DNA of 64,000 nucleotides from Octopus sinensis. Its lineage: Eukaryota. Under the pieces are notes generated by a model, which saw only the letters and a program-made list of their open reading frames with translations, was not told where the DNA came from and did not search any database. Positions 25,627 to 39,828 of the stretch are shown piece by piece; the stretch's first letter is position 1; each line of letters begins with the position of its first letter. Both the position numbers and the translations under genes were made by a program. The stretch lies in the NCBI RefSeq assembly GCF_006345805.1, contig NC_043022.1, positions 24,800,001-24,864,000 on the forward strand, read 5' to 3'.

Positions 25627-27558
25627 TTAATATAGTGTGCAATATTATTTATATAACATTCATCTATAATATTGAGTTGGTGAATATATAATCTTATCTG
25701 TCGTGGATGATTTCAAATCAATTTATTATTCCTGTGCAGCCATTCCAAAATGTTATTCTGAAACTTTCATGAAATTTCCTATTAATTTTATTTAGGTTCT
25801 TTTGCCGATTCTTCCTAGTTTTGATCTAGTTGCATTCATGCGTCTGCTTATGAGGATGTTGAGACATGTGGCCTTATAATATAAGACTGTTTCAACCTTA
25901 AAAACAGATTTTTACACTACAGTCGTACATGATGTTTATTATTTAAGCAATTATGAGAAAAACTATTGAATGGAGGACTAACGCATTCTTATTTTATACT
26001 TGAATAGCATTAGAAGATGGCAGAACCTTAGCATCTACAATACTAGCAGTTTTATAGAATTCAATGGTAAAATCCACTTAGCATTCCTATCTTTTAGTTT
26101 GTCATGTATAAATAAAATAGATTTAGAATTTAAAGCTGAAAGCTTCAGAATTCTTTGGCTGTGTGCTTCCATCAACAATAACATGAAAGATATCCTTGTT
26201 AATTTTACTAAAATACAAGTTCTAAAAGATGTAGTTATATCAAAGGTTGACGTTAATAATACCTCAATCTACCTGTCCTTTAAGAAATACATCACGAAGC
26301 AAGAATATTCTCCAAGAATCTAAATCAATGAAGTTAAAGAATTGCAGTTGAAAATTCATTTTTATGTCAGATTAAGTGAAGAAATATAAAATCAGGTTGT
26401 GCCATTTAAACTTTTCACTAATTCAATAACATTTAAGCTGCATCTGGTGGTCGCCCCCCTGTTTGAAAGTTCCAGGGTTTTGAGGAGTGTGGAACCACAT
26501 CTTATTTCTTTACTGCCCACAAGGGGCTACACACAGAGGGGACAAACAAGAACAGACAAACGAATTAAGTCAATTATATCGACCCTGGTGCGTAACTGGT
26601 ACTTATTTAATCAACCCTGAAAGGATGAAAAGCAAAGTTGACCTCAGCGAAATTTGAACTCAGAACACAGCAGCAGATAAAATACCTATTTCTTTACTAC
26701 CCACAAGGGGCTAAACACAGAGGGGACAAACAAGGACAGACAAACGGATTAAGTCGACCCCAGTGTGTAACTGGTACTTAATTTATCGACCCCGAAAGGA
26801 TGAAAGGCAAAGTCAACCTCGGTGAAATTCGAACTCAGAACGTAATGGCAGACGAAATACGGCTATGCATTTCACCCAGCGTGCTAACGTTTCTGCCAGC
26901 TCGCCGCCTCTTAGCCACTATTGTTCCCCGGTCTCAGGCATGGATTAAATAACATGTAGCTACCTGAGCCAGGGTATGTTAAAATCATGGGAAACAGCAT
27001 GGTGGATGTGAACTATTTTGGCTAATGAATTTATTAAGTCAATGGTGAATATCATTAGATGCTAAGGTGATGAACAGACAACAAACTGTCAGTGGCCAGG
27101 ACCAACCAGTTGAGTTAGCAAACCAGTAGCGTCTATAATCATTGCATGCCCAGTTAAGATATTTTTGTGACATCGTCATGGTTACATTGGTTTGGGCGAG
27201 TCACCTGACCAGATGATGGATGAAAGCCTTTTAGACAGAGAAAATGTGTCTCAAGGATAGCCACCTCCTCTAATCCCACAGGCTGTGAAATTACCAAATA
27301 TTCTTCATGAAAAGAATATGATGATAAGTGTAGGAGTGGTTACTCTTTACTCTTTTACTTGTTTCAGTTATTTGACTGCGGCCATGCTGGAGCACTGCCG
27401 TTTAGTCAAGTAAATCGACCCCCAGGACTTATTCATTGTAAGCCTAGTACTTATTCTATCAGTCTCTTTTGCTGAACCGCTAAGTTACGGGGACATAAAC
27501 ACACCACTGTCGGTTGTCAAGCAATGGTGGGGGGACAAACACAGACACACAAACATAT

Positions 27559-27594
<36 letters not shown>

Positions 27595-27603
<9 letters not shown>

Positions 27604-27902
27604 TATTAGAGACAAAACCACTATTTTGCAAAACAAACAAGGAAAGACTTAATCAATACATAAAATTTTAATAAATAGTCAAAAAAACCGCCACTACAAT
27701 TGTTACTTGTCTTGATCGACAATCTTCAGGTGGACTTCATAATTTGAAACTGACTTATGGAAGTCCACCTGAAGATTGTCGATCAAGACAAGTAACAATT
27801 GTAGTGGCGGTTTTTTTGACTATTTATTAAAATTTTATGTATTGATTAAGTCTTTCCTTGTTGTTTTGCAAAATAGTGGTTTTGTCTCTAATAATATTTT
27901 AT
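27595..27902. mobile_element. Near-perfect ~300-bp palindrome (Penelope-type inverted terminal repeat)
   Basis: Arms of ~145 bp with 2 indels around a ~12-nt loop; each arm carries a hammerhead-like motif. Confidence 0.9.
27765..27807 (+). ncRNA. Hammerhead-like motif with A13U core mismatch (mirror copy on minus strand at 27691-27733)
   Basis: CCAC-CTGAAGA-TTGTC(GATCAA)GACAA-GTAA-CAATTG-TA-GTGG. Confidence 0.65.
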
Positions 27903-27998
27903 AATATTTTACTATAAAATTGGATTTAATCCTAAATCTGATTTTTTCCCTGTAAATTTGGATTATATAATATTTATTATTAATATATATATATATAA

Positions 27999-28029
<31 letters not shown>

Positions 28030-29535
28030 CCTATATACGACGGGCTTCTTCCAGTTTCCGTCTACAAATCCACTCACAAAGCTTTGGTCAGCCTGAGGCT
28101 ATAGTAGAAGACACTTGCCCAAGGTGCCACGCAGTGGGAATGAACCCAGAACCATGTGGTTGGTAAGCAAGCTACTTACTACACAGCCACTCCTTGTTGT
28201 GCAATAAAAAGTTTGCTTCACAATCCCATGGGCCTTGGTTCAGATCCACTGAGTGGCAACTTGGGTGAGTGTCTTTTACTATAGCCTCAAGATAACTGAA
28301 GCCATATGAATGGATTTGGTAGACAGAGACTGAAAGAAGCTTGTTGTATATGTACGTGCGTTTGCGTCTGTGTTTGTCTACCATCACTATTTGACAACTG
28401 GCATAAGTGTGTTTATGTCCCTATAACTTAGTGGTTTGGCAAAAGAGACTAATAGAATAAGTACCAGGTTTAAAAAAAGGAAAGTACTGGGTTGACTTAT
28501 TTGGCTAAAAGATTCTTCAAGGCGGTGCCCCAGCATGGCCACAGTCTAATGACAGAAGCAAGTAAAAGATTGAAGATAAAAGATATCAATAGCGAATGCA
28601 ACTAAACGAAATTTCAAAATCAGAGAAATACTAGAATTATATTTCTGAAGAAAAATGCTAGCAATAAAATTAATTCCCCAATTATCTTGAAATTAACGAT
28701 AAACTTACTATAATTGCCTCATTCTTCAGTTTTAATAGAAAAGCTATTTTCTTTGGTAAAGCAATATCAATATTAAAAAATTGTCCCTGACTATGTATGG
28801 AAGCACTAAATACTTTATTATATGAGAAATGTTTTAAAAAACATGTTATTTATAAGGCTGTTTATAATTTCTGTCTGAAAATTGTACAAAAATATTTTTA
28901 AAAACTGAATACTATACAAAGAAAGAACAAAAAGATTATTTTAATAAAATAAGTTTTGTTATGAAATGTTTTTTCTTTGATAAAATAAAAAAAATTTGGT
29001 AAATTTCAGAAAATTATTTGATAAAATTCAAGAAAGTCATCTGGTAGACTGGTATATAACCAACTGGAAAAGTTTTCTTCATCTTAGATTAAATTTCCCT
29101 GTCAAACAAATATAGAAAGATTTGCAACTAAATTCACTTAAATGAATATTTCAGTTTCTAGGCTTTTAACAGTTTGTCTATATTAAGTATGATACACAGA
29201 CTGCTATTTTGAACTAATACTGCTTGTTGAGTTAATAAAGAATATATGTGTGCATGTGTATTTGTGTACACATATGTGCACATGTGTACAAGTATATATG
29301 GATAAACACACATACAATATATCATTGCATGTGTGTGTGTGTGTGTGTGCGTGCGTGTGTGCGTGCGTGTGTGTGAGTGGTTGCTAAGTGAAACCTCAAG
29401 ACTGTACTCAGGAAAAGTAAGCAGTGAAGGATACGTGTGAGTAAGGCATCTTAGAACTATGGCTGCTGCTGCTGCTACTACTACTACTACTGCTGCTACT
29501 ACTACTACTACTACCACCACCACCACCACCACAAC

Positions 29536-29569
<34 letters not shown>

Positions 29570-29639
29570 ACAACCACCACCACCACCACCATCACCACCA
29601 CCACTACCACTACTAATACTACTACTGCTGCTGCTGCTG

Positions 29640-29742
<103 letters not shown>

Positions 29743-30735
29743 TAATTTTATTTTGCAGCACATACAGAATTTCTGGAATGAAAATCTCCATGGAACTCAG
29801 TTATACTGGAAAACAGCCTGCAAACTGACGTCAATAGGGAAGGATATATTGGAACTGTCTTAAAGAATCTTAAAAAAAAAAAAAACCATGTGCCAATTTC
29901 AATTTTCCTTCTTTTCAACCTGATTTGAAATGAACTATGAACCAACTTTGTTTCTTTAGAAATATTTGTTTCAAAGATTTCTACCTATCTCTATCAATTA
30001 TTGCTTTTTTTTTTTGCTAACAAATAAAATGTAATTACTATACGTCTAATTAGTTCGTACTGAGGAGACATAGTCATGTTGAAACAGTCTGTCTACGAAT
30101 AGTAGAGGAATAAACAGTGTCGTTGAAGAGTAATTAAATTAAATAAATATTAAGGAAGAAAAAAAGCGATATGCTGTATTTTATATAATTAACAAGAGAA
30201 TAAGATTTCCAGCTAGAGTTCTCTTTCTCTCTCTCTCCTGCAAAGTAACTGAACAATCATTAAGGAACTAGTGATATGTGTATGTATATGTATGTATGTA
30301 TGTATGTATGTATATATGTATGTATGTATGTATGCATATCTATATACATATATGTGGATATATACATGTATATATATGTATGTATATGTATGTATATACA
30401 TATATGTGGATTTATATATATATATATATGGATGTATATATATGTATGTCTATGTATGTATATGTATGTATGCATATGTGTGTATAAATATATATATATA
30501 TATGTATATATATATAAATATGCATACATATACATATGTATATATTTATATATACATATACACACACATAAATATTTGCACATGTACATGTATGTGTGTA
30601 TATATATGCAAATATACATGCATAAATATACATACATACATATATATATGTGTGTGTGTGTATGTACACACACACACATAATATATGTACATGTATTTCT
30701 GTTTTCATGAGAATATCATATATCTAATATAGGTA

Positions 30736-31230
30736 TATGTATGCATGTATGTATGTATGTATGTATGTATGTATGTATGCATGCATGCATGCATGCATGT
30801 ATGCATGCATGCATGTATGTATGTATGTATGTATGTATGTATGTATGCATGCATGCATGCATGCATGTATGTATGTATGTATGTATGCATGCATGTATGC
30901 ATGCATGTATGTATGTATGTATGTATGTATGCATGCATGCATGCATGCATGTATGTATGTATGTATGCATGCATGTATGTATGTATGTATGTATGTATGT
31001 ATGCATGCATGCTTGTATGTATGTATGCATGTATGTATGTATGTATGTATGTATGTATGTATGCATGTATGTATGTATGTATGTATGTATGTATGTATGC
31101 ATGTATGTATGTATGTATGTATGTATGTATGTATGTATGTATGCATGTATGTATGTATGTATGAATGTATGTATGTATGTATGTATGTATGTATGTATAT
31201 ATGTATGTATGTATGTATGCATGTATGTAA
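30736..31230. repeat. (GTAT)n/(GCAT)n tetranucleotide microsatellite
   Basis: Read directly. Confidence 0.95.
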
Positions 31231-32236
31231 GTATGTATGTATATATATATTCATATATATTCAGTCTCCTTGTGGAAATATATCCTAAGAAAAAGTCATG
31301 AAATTTTCTGGTAGCTGTGTGGTAGCGAGTTGGCTTCCCAGCCACATGGATCCAGGCTCATTGCGTGATCGTTGTCAGAGCAACAAGATGGCCTCTGTGC
31401 TGATGGCATGTAAAAAGCACCATTTGAGCGTGATCGTTATCTGCATCACCTTACTGGCATTTGTGCTGGTGGCACGTGAGAAAAAAACATTTGAGCGAGG
31501 TCGTTGCCAGTGCCGCTGGATTGGATCCTGTGCAGGTGGAACATAAAAAATACCATTTGAGCGTGGTCATTGCCAGTACCGCCAGACTGGCCCCCATGCC
31601 GGTGGCACGTAAAAGCACCCACTACACTCTTGGAGTGGTTGGCGTTAGGAAGGGCATCAAGCTGTAGAAACCCTGCCAGATCAGATTGGAGCCTGGTGCA
31701 GCCATCTGGTTCGCCAGTCCTCAGTCAAATCGTCCAACCCATGCTAGCATGGAAAGCGTACGTTAAACAATGATGATGATGATGAAAAGTAATAAGTATT
31801 AGTGTCAAGCAATTTGATGAAGATTCTTGAAGGCAGTGCTCTAGCATGGCCATAATCTAATGACAGAAACAAGTAAACAATAAAAATCATACACACATAC
31901 ATACATACATACATGTATGCATACATACATACATACAAACATACACACATACAAACATACACACATACATACATGCATACATACATACAAACATACATAA
32001 ATACATACATGCATACATACACACAGACATACATACATACACACACACATACATACATACATACAAACATACACACACATATACATACATACGTACAAAC
32101 ATACACACACATACATACATACATACATGCATACATACATATATGCAATTGTATGTATGTACTTATGTATAAGAAGTTGCATGACCACTCAGCTCTGGAT
32201 GCACATTTACTTATAACAGAAACGAGTGTAAGCCAA

Positions 32237-32336
32237 NNNNNNNNNNNNNNNNNNNNNNNNNNNNNNNNNNNNNNNNNNNNNNNNNNNNNNNNNNNNNNNN
32301 NNNNNNNNNNNNNNNNNNNNNNNNNNNNNNNNNNNN
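32237..32336. other. Assembly gap (100 N)
   Basis: Run of N; true size unknown. Confidence 0.99.
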
Positions 32337-32430
32337 CAGTAATAAACAAGTAAATAAAAAAAATATAGCGCGTGTGTTTATTTGGCAAAAAAAAGAACAT
32401 CCGGAATGCAACAATATATATTATATATAT

Positions 32431-32485
<55 letters not shown>

Positions 32486-32487
<2 letters not shown>

Positions 32488-32880
32488 ATCTTTTCGGTTT
32501 GAACGGGCAGCTTTTTCTAACGCTGTCATATGAAATTGTCACCCAAAATTATGACCCTAGCATCAGTCTATTGCATTTCAATCTGTTTTAGGGTTAGGGT
32601 TAGGCTAGCTTTTTTTTTCAGAAATGTAAATAAACCCAAATCTGTTTCTAAACGAGGGACATATCCATACGACACAGAATGTTTTCACCTTCAATAGACG
32701 TCATTGATTGGTTGAAATTGAAGAAAAAAAAAACAAATATCTTAAAAACTATAGAATTTTCTCAATAAAGCCAAGAGAAAAAGATGTTTTATAAACACAT
32801 TCTACGAGTATACGAAGTTTAAAATTTTTTAGTTACCTAGAAATTATGTTAAAAAACTGCCGTTCAAACCGAAAAGATCC
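32486..32880. mobile_element. TIR MITE in TA context carrying internal TTAGGG repeats
   Basis: GGATCTTTTCGGTTTGAACGG(G)CAG ... CTGCCGTTCAAACCGAAAAGATCC; second copy at 58034-58450. Confidence 0.85.
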
Positions 32881-32942
<62 letters not shown>

Positions 32943-33790
32943 ATATATACTCTTTAACTTTTTACTGTTTCAGTCATTTGACTGCGGCCATGTTGGAGCA
33001 CCGCCTTTAATCGAGCAACTCGATCCTGGGACTTATTCTTTTGTAAGCCCAGTACTTATTCTATCGGTCTCTTTTGCCGAACCGCTAAGTAACGGGCTAC
33101 ATAAACACACCAGCATTGGTTGTCAAGCAATGCTAGGGGGACAAACACAGACACACACACAAGGCTTTGGTCGGCCCGAGGCTATAGTAGAAGACACTTG
33201 CCCAAGGTGCCACGCAGTGGGACTGAACCCGGAACCATGTGGTTGGTAATATACATGAAGCGCTTGTTTCAGCTTCTGGCTACCAAATCCGTTCACAAGG
33301 CTTAGGTTGGAGTGAGGCTATAGTAGAAGACACTTGTTTAAGGCACGACGCAATGAGACTAAACCCCCCCCCCCACGGAACCATGTGTTGTATGTACGCG
33401 TATTTGCACTATGTGTCTACAGATACGCAAACCAGATTGCTTCTAAAATTCTTCATACACTACTCTTATCTAAAATTCACATTAGTTATTCTGAAGTCCT
33501 TCAACATCTTTACCCTCCCTCCTTATTGGCCCCAACACACATTGTTCTCTTCCCATCTCGTTCTCTAAAAACGTTCCATCAACGCTAGTTTTTCGCTTAA
33601 CCTTTCTCACCTATCTTCACAATCACTGTTCTCCCTTCTCTTTTTCTTTTTGTTTTGTCTGCCTGTCTATCTGTCTACATGTCTGTCTGTCTGTCTCTGT
33701 CTCTGTCTCTCTCGCTCTCTCTCTTTATTGCACCTATGGTCCTTAATCGGTCTCCGTTTTTCTGATTTCAACAACAATATTTAAATCTTG

Positions 33791-34011
33791 GGTAAAATTA
33801 CAGATTAACACCCACACGATTTTCACTAATAAAAAAAAAAAACTCGGATTTTTTGCGTGGAATCAAGTACCCTGACCTCCTAATATGCTGGAAATCCCAT
33901 ATTTTGGTTCGGAATTGGTCCGGAGTGCCCCCCCCCCCCGGAATTTTCAAACAAAAAAGAACGTTTTTTTTTTGTGTGAAAATCGTGCGGGTGTTAATCT
34001 GTAATTTTACC
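33791..34011. mobile_element. Mutator-like MITE
   Basis: 36-bp TIR GGTAAAATTACAGATTAACACC..; 9-bp flanks TAAATCTTG / AAAATCTTG (8 of 9 identical). Confidence 0.7.
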
Positions 34012-34882
34012 AAAATCTTGTAACCTATAACCGCTGCATCCCTCTTCAGTTGAGGACCACTTATTGTAAAATGTTGATGTATATATGGCTAGAAGCTGGT
34101 TTACTACAACTTTAGGGGTCGAATAAACCATTAAGTGAAAAACCTGAGGTCCCAGTCAAAGCAGCACAACATACATACATACACACAAACATGCATGCAT
34201 ACATACTCTTTTACTTGTTTCAGTCATTTGACTGCGGCCATGCTGGAGCACCGCTTTAATCGAGCAATCGACCCCGGGACTTATTCTTGTTAAGCCAGTA
34301 CTTATTCTATCGGTCTCTTTTGCCGAACCGCTAAGTGACGGGGACGTAAACACACCAGCATCGGTTGTCAAGCAATGCTAGGGGGACAAACACAGACACA
34401 CAAACATACACGCACACACATATATATATATATATACACATATATATGACGGGCTTCTTTCAGTTTCCGTCTACCAAATCCACTCACAAGGCATTGGTCG
34501 GCCCGGGGCTATAGCAGAAGACACTTGCCCAAGGTGCCACGCAGTGGGACTGAACCCGGAACCATGTGGTTGGTTAGCAAGCTACTTACCACACAGCCAC
34601 TCCTGCGCCTGTATACTTGTGAACGGATTTGGTAGACTGAAGCTGAAACAAGCGCTTCATGTATACACACATACATACACACATACATACATACATACAT
34701 ACATAACAGATACATACATACTTAACATACACATACATACATACATACATACATACATACATGGTTCTGGGTTCAGTCCCACTGCGTGGCATCTTGGAAA
34801 GTGTCTTCTGCTATAGCCCCGGGAGACCAATGCTTGTGAGTGGATTGGTAGACGGAAACTGAAAGAAGCCCGTGTATATATG

Positions 34883-34936
<54 letters not shown>

Positions 34937-35171
34937 GTGTGTGTTTGTGTTTGTGTTTGTGTGTCTGTGCTGTCTCCCAGCATTGCTTGACAACCGATGC
35001 TGGTGTGTTTACGTCCCCGTCACTTAGCGGTTCGGCAAAAGAGACCGATAGAATAAGTACTGGGCTACAAAGAATAAATCCGGGGTCGATTTGATCGACT
35101 AAAGGCGGTGCTCCAGCATGGCCGCAGTCAAATGACTGAAACAAGTAAAAGAGTAAAAGAGTAAAAGAGTA

Positions 35172-35252
<81 letters not shown>

Positions 35253-35821
35253 CTCTTTTACTCTTTTACTTTTTTCAGTCATTGACTGCGGCCATGCTGT
35301 AGCACCGCCTTTAGTCGAGCACATCGACCCCCAGGACTTATTCTACATATATATGTATGTATTACTGACGAGGGAAGGATGACCTACCTTTGCAAATACC
35401 ATTAGGGCACAGAAAGTGTGTCTATAGCCAGTTGGAGAAGATGTTCTCCTGGGGCTACAAGCTACAGTAACATCCACCCTTAGTGGTTGGCCATATTTAA
35501 AACTAACATTATTTCTGCTATAAGGCAAATAGCCTTTCTACTTATTTTATCAATTCCGAAAGAATGAAAGGCGAAGTCAAGCTGTAGGGAATTTGAACTC
35601 GGAACGTAAAGCTGAAAAAAAAAATGCCGGTAATAGACGCAGGAGTGGCTGTGTGGTAAGTAGCTTGCTTATTAACCACATGGTTCTGGGTTCAGTCCCA
35701 CTGCATGGCACCTTGGGCAAGTGTCTTCTACTATAGCCTCAGGCCAACAAAGCCTTGTGAGTGGATTTGGTAGACAGAAACTGAAGAAGCCATTATATAT
35801 ATATATATATATATATAATAT

Positions 35822-35867
<46 letters not shown>

Positions 35868-35882
35868 TATATATATACATAA

Positions 35883-36065
35883 AGGGATTGTTTACGAAAA
35901 GAAAAACAAAAGATGAAGACAGGTGGTGTACAAAACAAACAGATGTATTAGTATAACGCTTAGGAATAGAAAAAGTCTTTTGCGTTTCGAGCCTATGCTC
36001 TTCTACAGAAAGGTACACAGAAAAAAACAAGGAGAGAAACAAGGAGATAGAAAAAATGTGTGTAG
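35883..36065 (-). mobile_element. Short Penelope-type non-autonomous element with variant hammerhead (35976-36013)
   Basis: Minus strand CTTT-CTGTAGA-A-GAGC(ATAG)GCTC-GAAA-CG-CA-AAAG; homologous to 50281-50440. Confidence 0.65.
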
Positions 36066-36068
36066 TGG

Positions 36069-36113
<45 letters not shown>

Positions 36114-36986
36114 GTGTGTTTGTGTGTCTGTGTATGTCCCCTCAACACCGCTTCACAACCGATGCTGGTGTGTTTACGTCCCCGTAACTTAGCGGTTCGG
36201 CAAAAGCGACCGATAGAATACGTACTAGGCTTCCAAAGAATAAGCCCTGGGGTCGATTTGCCCGACTATAAAGGCGGTGCTCCAGCATGGCTGCAGTCAA
36301 ATGACTGAAACAAGTAAAAGAGTTTAGAGAATAAGTATTTCGTTGAGCGTGCTAACGCTTCTGCTAGCCGGGGACCCCCTTTCTGAAAACCAATATCATA
36401 ACACATTTATAACCAATAACAACAGTGTCTTTAGACAGGTCTAATTATGACAGCTTAATCCCAAAACTACTTCTATTGACATTAGAGTGCCTACGAAGGT
36501 GAAGTTCCAAATTCTCTGTTCATTAATGAAGATCGCAGATGTCAACATACACTCACACATATGTGACCGTGACGAAAGTTTTAATTTAACTCTTCCATTA
36601 AGTGTTAAAATAATATCCGAGCAAGACACCTCGTAACATAATATTGTTTTACTTATGAAGGCCAATCACATCAAATTCCTTCCTACACTTCCTGTAACGT
36701 TCTTTCGCTGATAAGTCTCTCTTTCTCTCTCTCTCTTTCTCTTTTACTTGTTTCAGTCATTTGACTGCGGCCATGCTGGAGCACCGCCTTTCGTCGAGCA
36801 AATCGACCCCAGGACTTATTCTTTGTAAGCCTAGTACTTATTCTATCAGTTTTTATTGCCAAACCGCTATGTTACGGGGACGTAAGCACACCAGCATCGG
36901 CTGTCAAGCGATGTTGGGTGAGGGACAGTTGTCCTTGTTATTAATAGACTATTTTAATGGGTGGGTTGTTAACAGTGTAGGGAATA

Positions 36987-37068
36987 TGGTGTCCCTACTT
37001 CGCGGAAATTCAGTTATCGCGGCCGATCTCGGAACCAATCTACCGCGATAAACGAGGGATCACTGTGT
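36987..37068 (-). mobile_element. pogo/Tigger-like MITE fragment
   Basis: Minus strand CAGTGATCCCTCGTTTATCGCGG..CCGCGATAAC..CCGCGAAGTAGGG. Confidence 0.5.
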
Positions 37069-38232
37069 TTGTCTGCCGTTTCTATCGTTCTTGTCGCGGC
37101 TCCTTTTTGATCTATTTTAATTATGAAAGCCGGTGACATAAATATTCAAAACTGCCGAAATTCTTCTTTCATATCTTCTAGCAATGAAGAACAGAGTAAA
37201 TAAAATATTATCTTCAATAATAGGAACTAGAGGTATATCATAATTATACCTAATAAGCACTATTGTTTATCTCGGCGATGATTATGAACCGAAAACAGAT
37301 ACTACATTACAACTAACTACTAATATGATCTATATTAAATTATTCCACTTATCAAGTCTGAGACAGTAAATTTCCTATTACTTATGGAGACGACAGTGTA
37401 CACATATACATATGGCGGTGTCGTAGAAGTAGTTTCTCTCTCTCTCTCTCTTGCCTACATACACACGCGTGCACACATGCGCACACATACAAACGCAATG
37501 CAATCGTTCTTTCTCAACTCAATTCCTGTCAGAAATTTCTTGTCAATTGTGCTAACAACCATTTTTCAGTGTTTCAAGATGTTTTTTTTTCAAATCACAC
37601 AAACAACAACAACAACAACCCAAATTCCTCTTGTCTCTTGTTTTTGGATGATTTGAGATATTATAATGGAAAAGATTTGATTATACAAATGAAATAATAA
37701 TAATAATAATAATAATAATATAATAATAATAATATAATAATAATAATAGTTGGTATAAAAGATGGGCTGCAGCAAATATTCTGCTCAATACCACAGATTT
37801 GCTTCTCAGTTGTTTGACCTTAAGCAGTTGAGCATGTCCCTTAGTGGCTGACGATATGTGCATCTCTGATCACGTGCAGAAGAAGCAGGGGAGCATCATA
37901 GCCATGTGTTGAAAGGAATTCTTGGAGGTTTGGATAATTCACTTTTGGAAACATGGGCGTTTCGTTCAACATCCTTAAACAACCCTTATTCAGGGACCTT
38001 TTGAGCTGGATGGGCTACTCGACATGAAGAAAATTCTAACTGGGCCCCACCTGCAAGGTCATGCGCTGTTTATCTTGATTTGAGATCACCATGTCGCGCA
38101 CATATGGTCGTGATGCATGTGCCTGGTGTACCCTTATCAGATGGGTAGTCATGATGGGTATACTGGGCTTCGTATATTTTACTCCAGTGTCACTTTGATG
38201 GCATGCTCTGCTCGCTCACTCAATAATAGTAA

Positions 38233-38263
<31 letters not shown>

Positions 38264-38397
38264 AATCCTTTCTATTATAGGCTCAAGGCCTGAATTTTGT
38301 GGGGAGTGGACTAGTCTATTACATTGACCCCACTGGTATTTAATTTATCGACCCGAAAGTTTGAAAGGCAGAGCCGACCTCGGCGGAATTTGGACTC

Positions 38398-38451
<54 letters not shown>

Positions 38452-39828
38452 TATGATGATGATGATGATGATAATGGTGATAATGATGATGACACTTAAA
38501 GTGTTACACAACGCTTATATTTAAAAATAATAAGTGAGAAATACAAAATAGAAAGACTTAATTAAGCTGTCGCATTACGTCTAACAATTTCGTGTTTTAT
38601 GGAGACAGGAAAATAATATTTATTCTATGAAGTTCAATGACTTAGAATTGTACTTCTATATCGGAAAACTAATGTGTTATCATTATAAAGGAAGAAAAAC
38701 TAAAACACTCGAATTCATGAGTAGACAATTTCTTGACGGTATTATTGTTGGTGGCAGAATCGTTAAGGCATCAGAAAAAATGTCATGCGATAATTTTCAG
38801 GTTTTTTATGCTCTGAGTTCAAACCTCTGCGAGGTCAGATATGCCTTTAATCTTTTCATGGTCCGTTAGCAAAGTATTTAAGAATGGCTTTTAAGGGTCG
38901 ATGAATGTTAACGTGCAGGCCTCCACGGACAGAGGAATGGTGAAATACTGGATTATCCTATCTAGATAGGAATATCCTATCTAGATTAAGGAAAAATCAG
39001 TGTCGTTGGTTACAAGTTTGCAACGGAGGTAGGGAGGCGTGAATGCACCCACCACATCCCTATGAACGTGAGTGTTTGAGTGTATGGGATATTATGGTCC
39101 TGGTTCATATATTTTATGGAATTTTAGATCCCAAATATTATAGTCCGTTGACTGTTAGGGTTCTGGTCGTTATACTCTATAAAATATTAGGGTCCAGACA
39201 TTTATCATCATCATCATCATCTTCGTTTAGCATCCGCTTTCCATGCTGGCATGGGTTGGACGGTGCAACTGGGGTCTAGGAAGCCAGAAGGCTGCACCAG
39301 GCCCAGTTTGATCTGGCAATGTTTCTACAGCTGGATGCCCTTCCTAACGCCAACCACTCCATGAGTGTAGTAACCACTCCATGAGTGTAGTGGGTGCTTT
39401 TTACGTGCCAGACGAGTCTGGCAAACGGCCACGGTCGGATGGTGCTTTTTACGTGCCACCGGCACAGAAGCCAGGCGAGGCTGGCAAACGGCCACGATCG
39501 GATGGTGCTTTTTACGTGCTACCAGCACGGAGACCAGGCGAGGCTGGCAACGGCTACGATCGGATGGTGCTTTTTACGTGCCACCGGCACGGAAGCCAGT
39601 CGGGGCGACGCTGGCAACGGCCACGTTCGGATGGTTCTCTTATGTGCCACCGGCACTGGTGTCCCGGCATTTATATAATACTTGTCCATACATTATATGG
39701 TATGTTAGGTTTCTGACCCTCATGTTCTATGAAATACTAGAGCCCTGTAAAATACGAATGTTCTGGCCTTTATATCGAGCATCGTCCTATCTTTCATATA
39801 GAGTATTGTCTTATCCTTCATATTGAAC

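Larger units (their letters stand above)
27225..29160 (+). pseudogene. Decayed LRR-protein-like gene, unit B
   Basis: 27225-27335 aligns to 21930-22040 and 28635-29060 aligns to 23428-23865; FNKISFV..ISENYL shows LRR-like spacing; stops differ in position from unit A. Confidence 0.45.

Noticed and set aside
32549-32566. Interstitial telomere or chromosome fusion site
   Set aside because: Only about three TTAGGG units, and they lie inside a MITE present twice.
36655-36705. CCAAT box plus ETS-like motif as a promoter
   Set aside because: Short motifs expected by chance; no supported transcript start.
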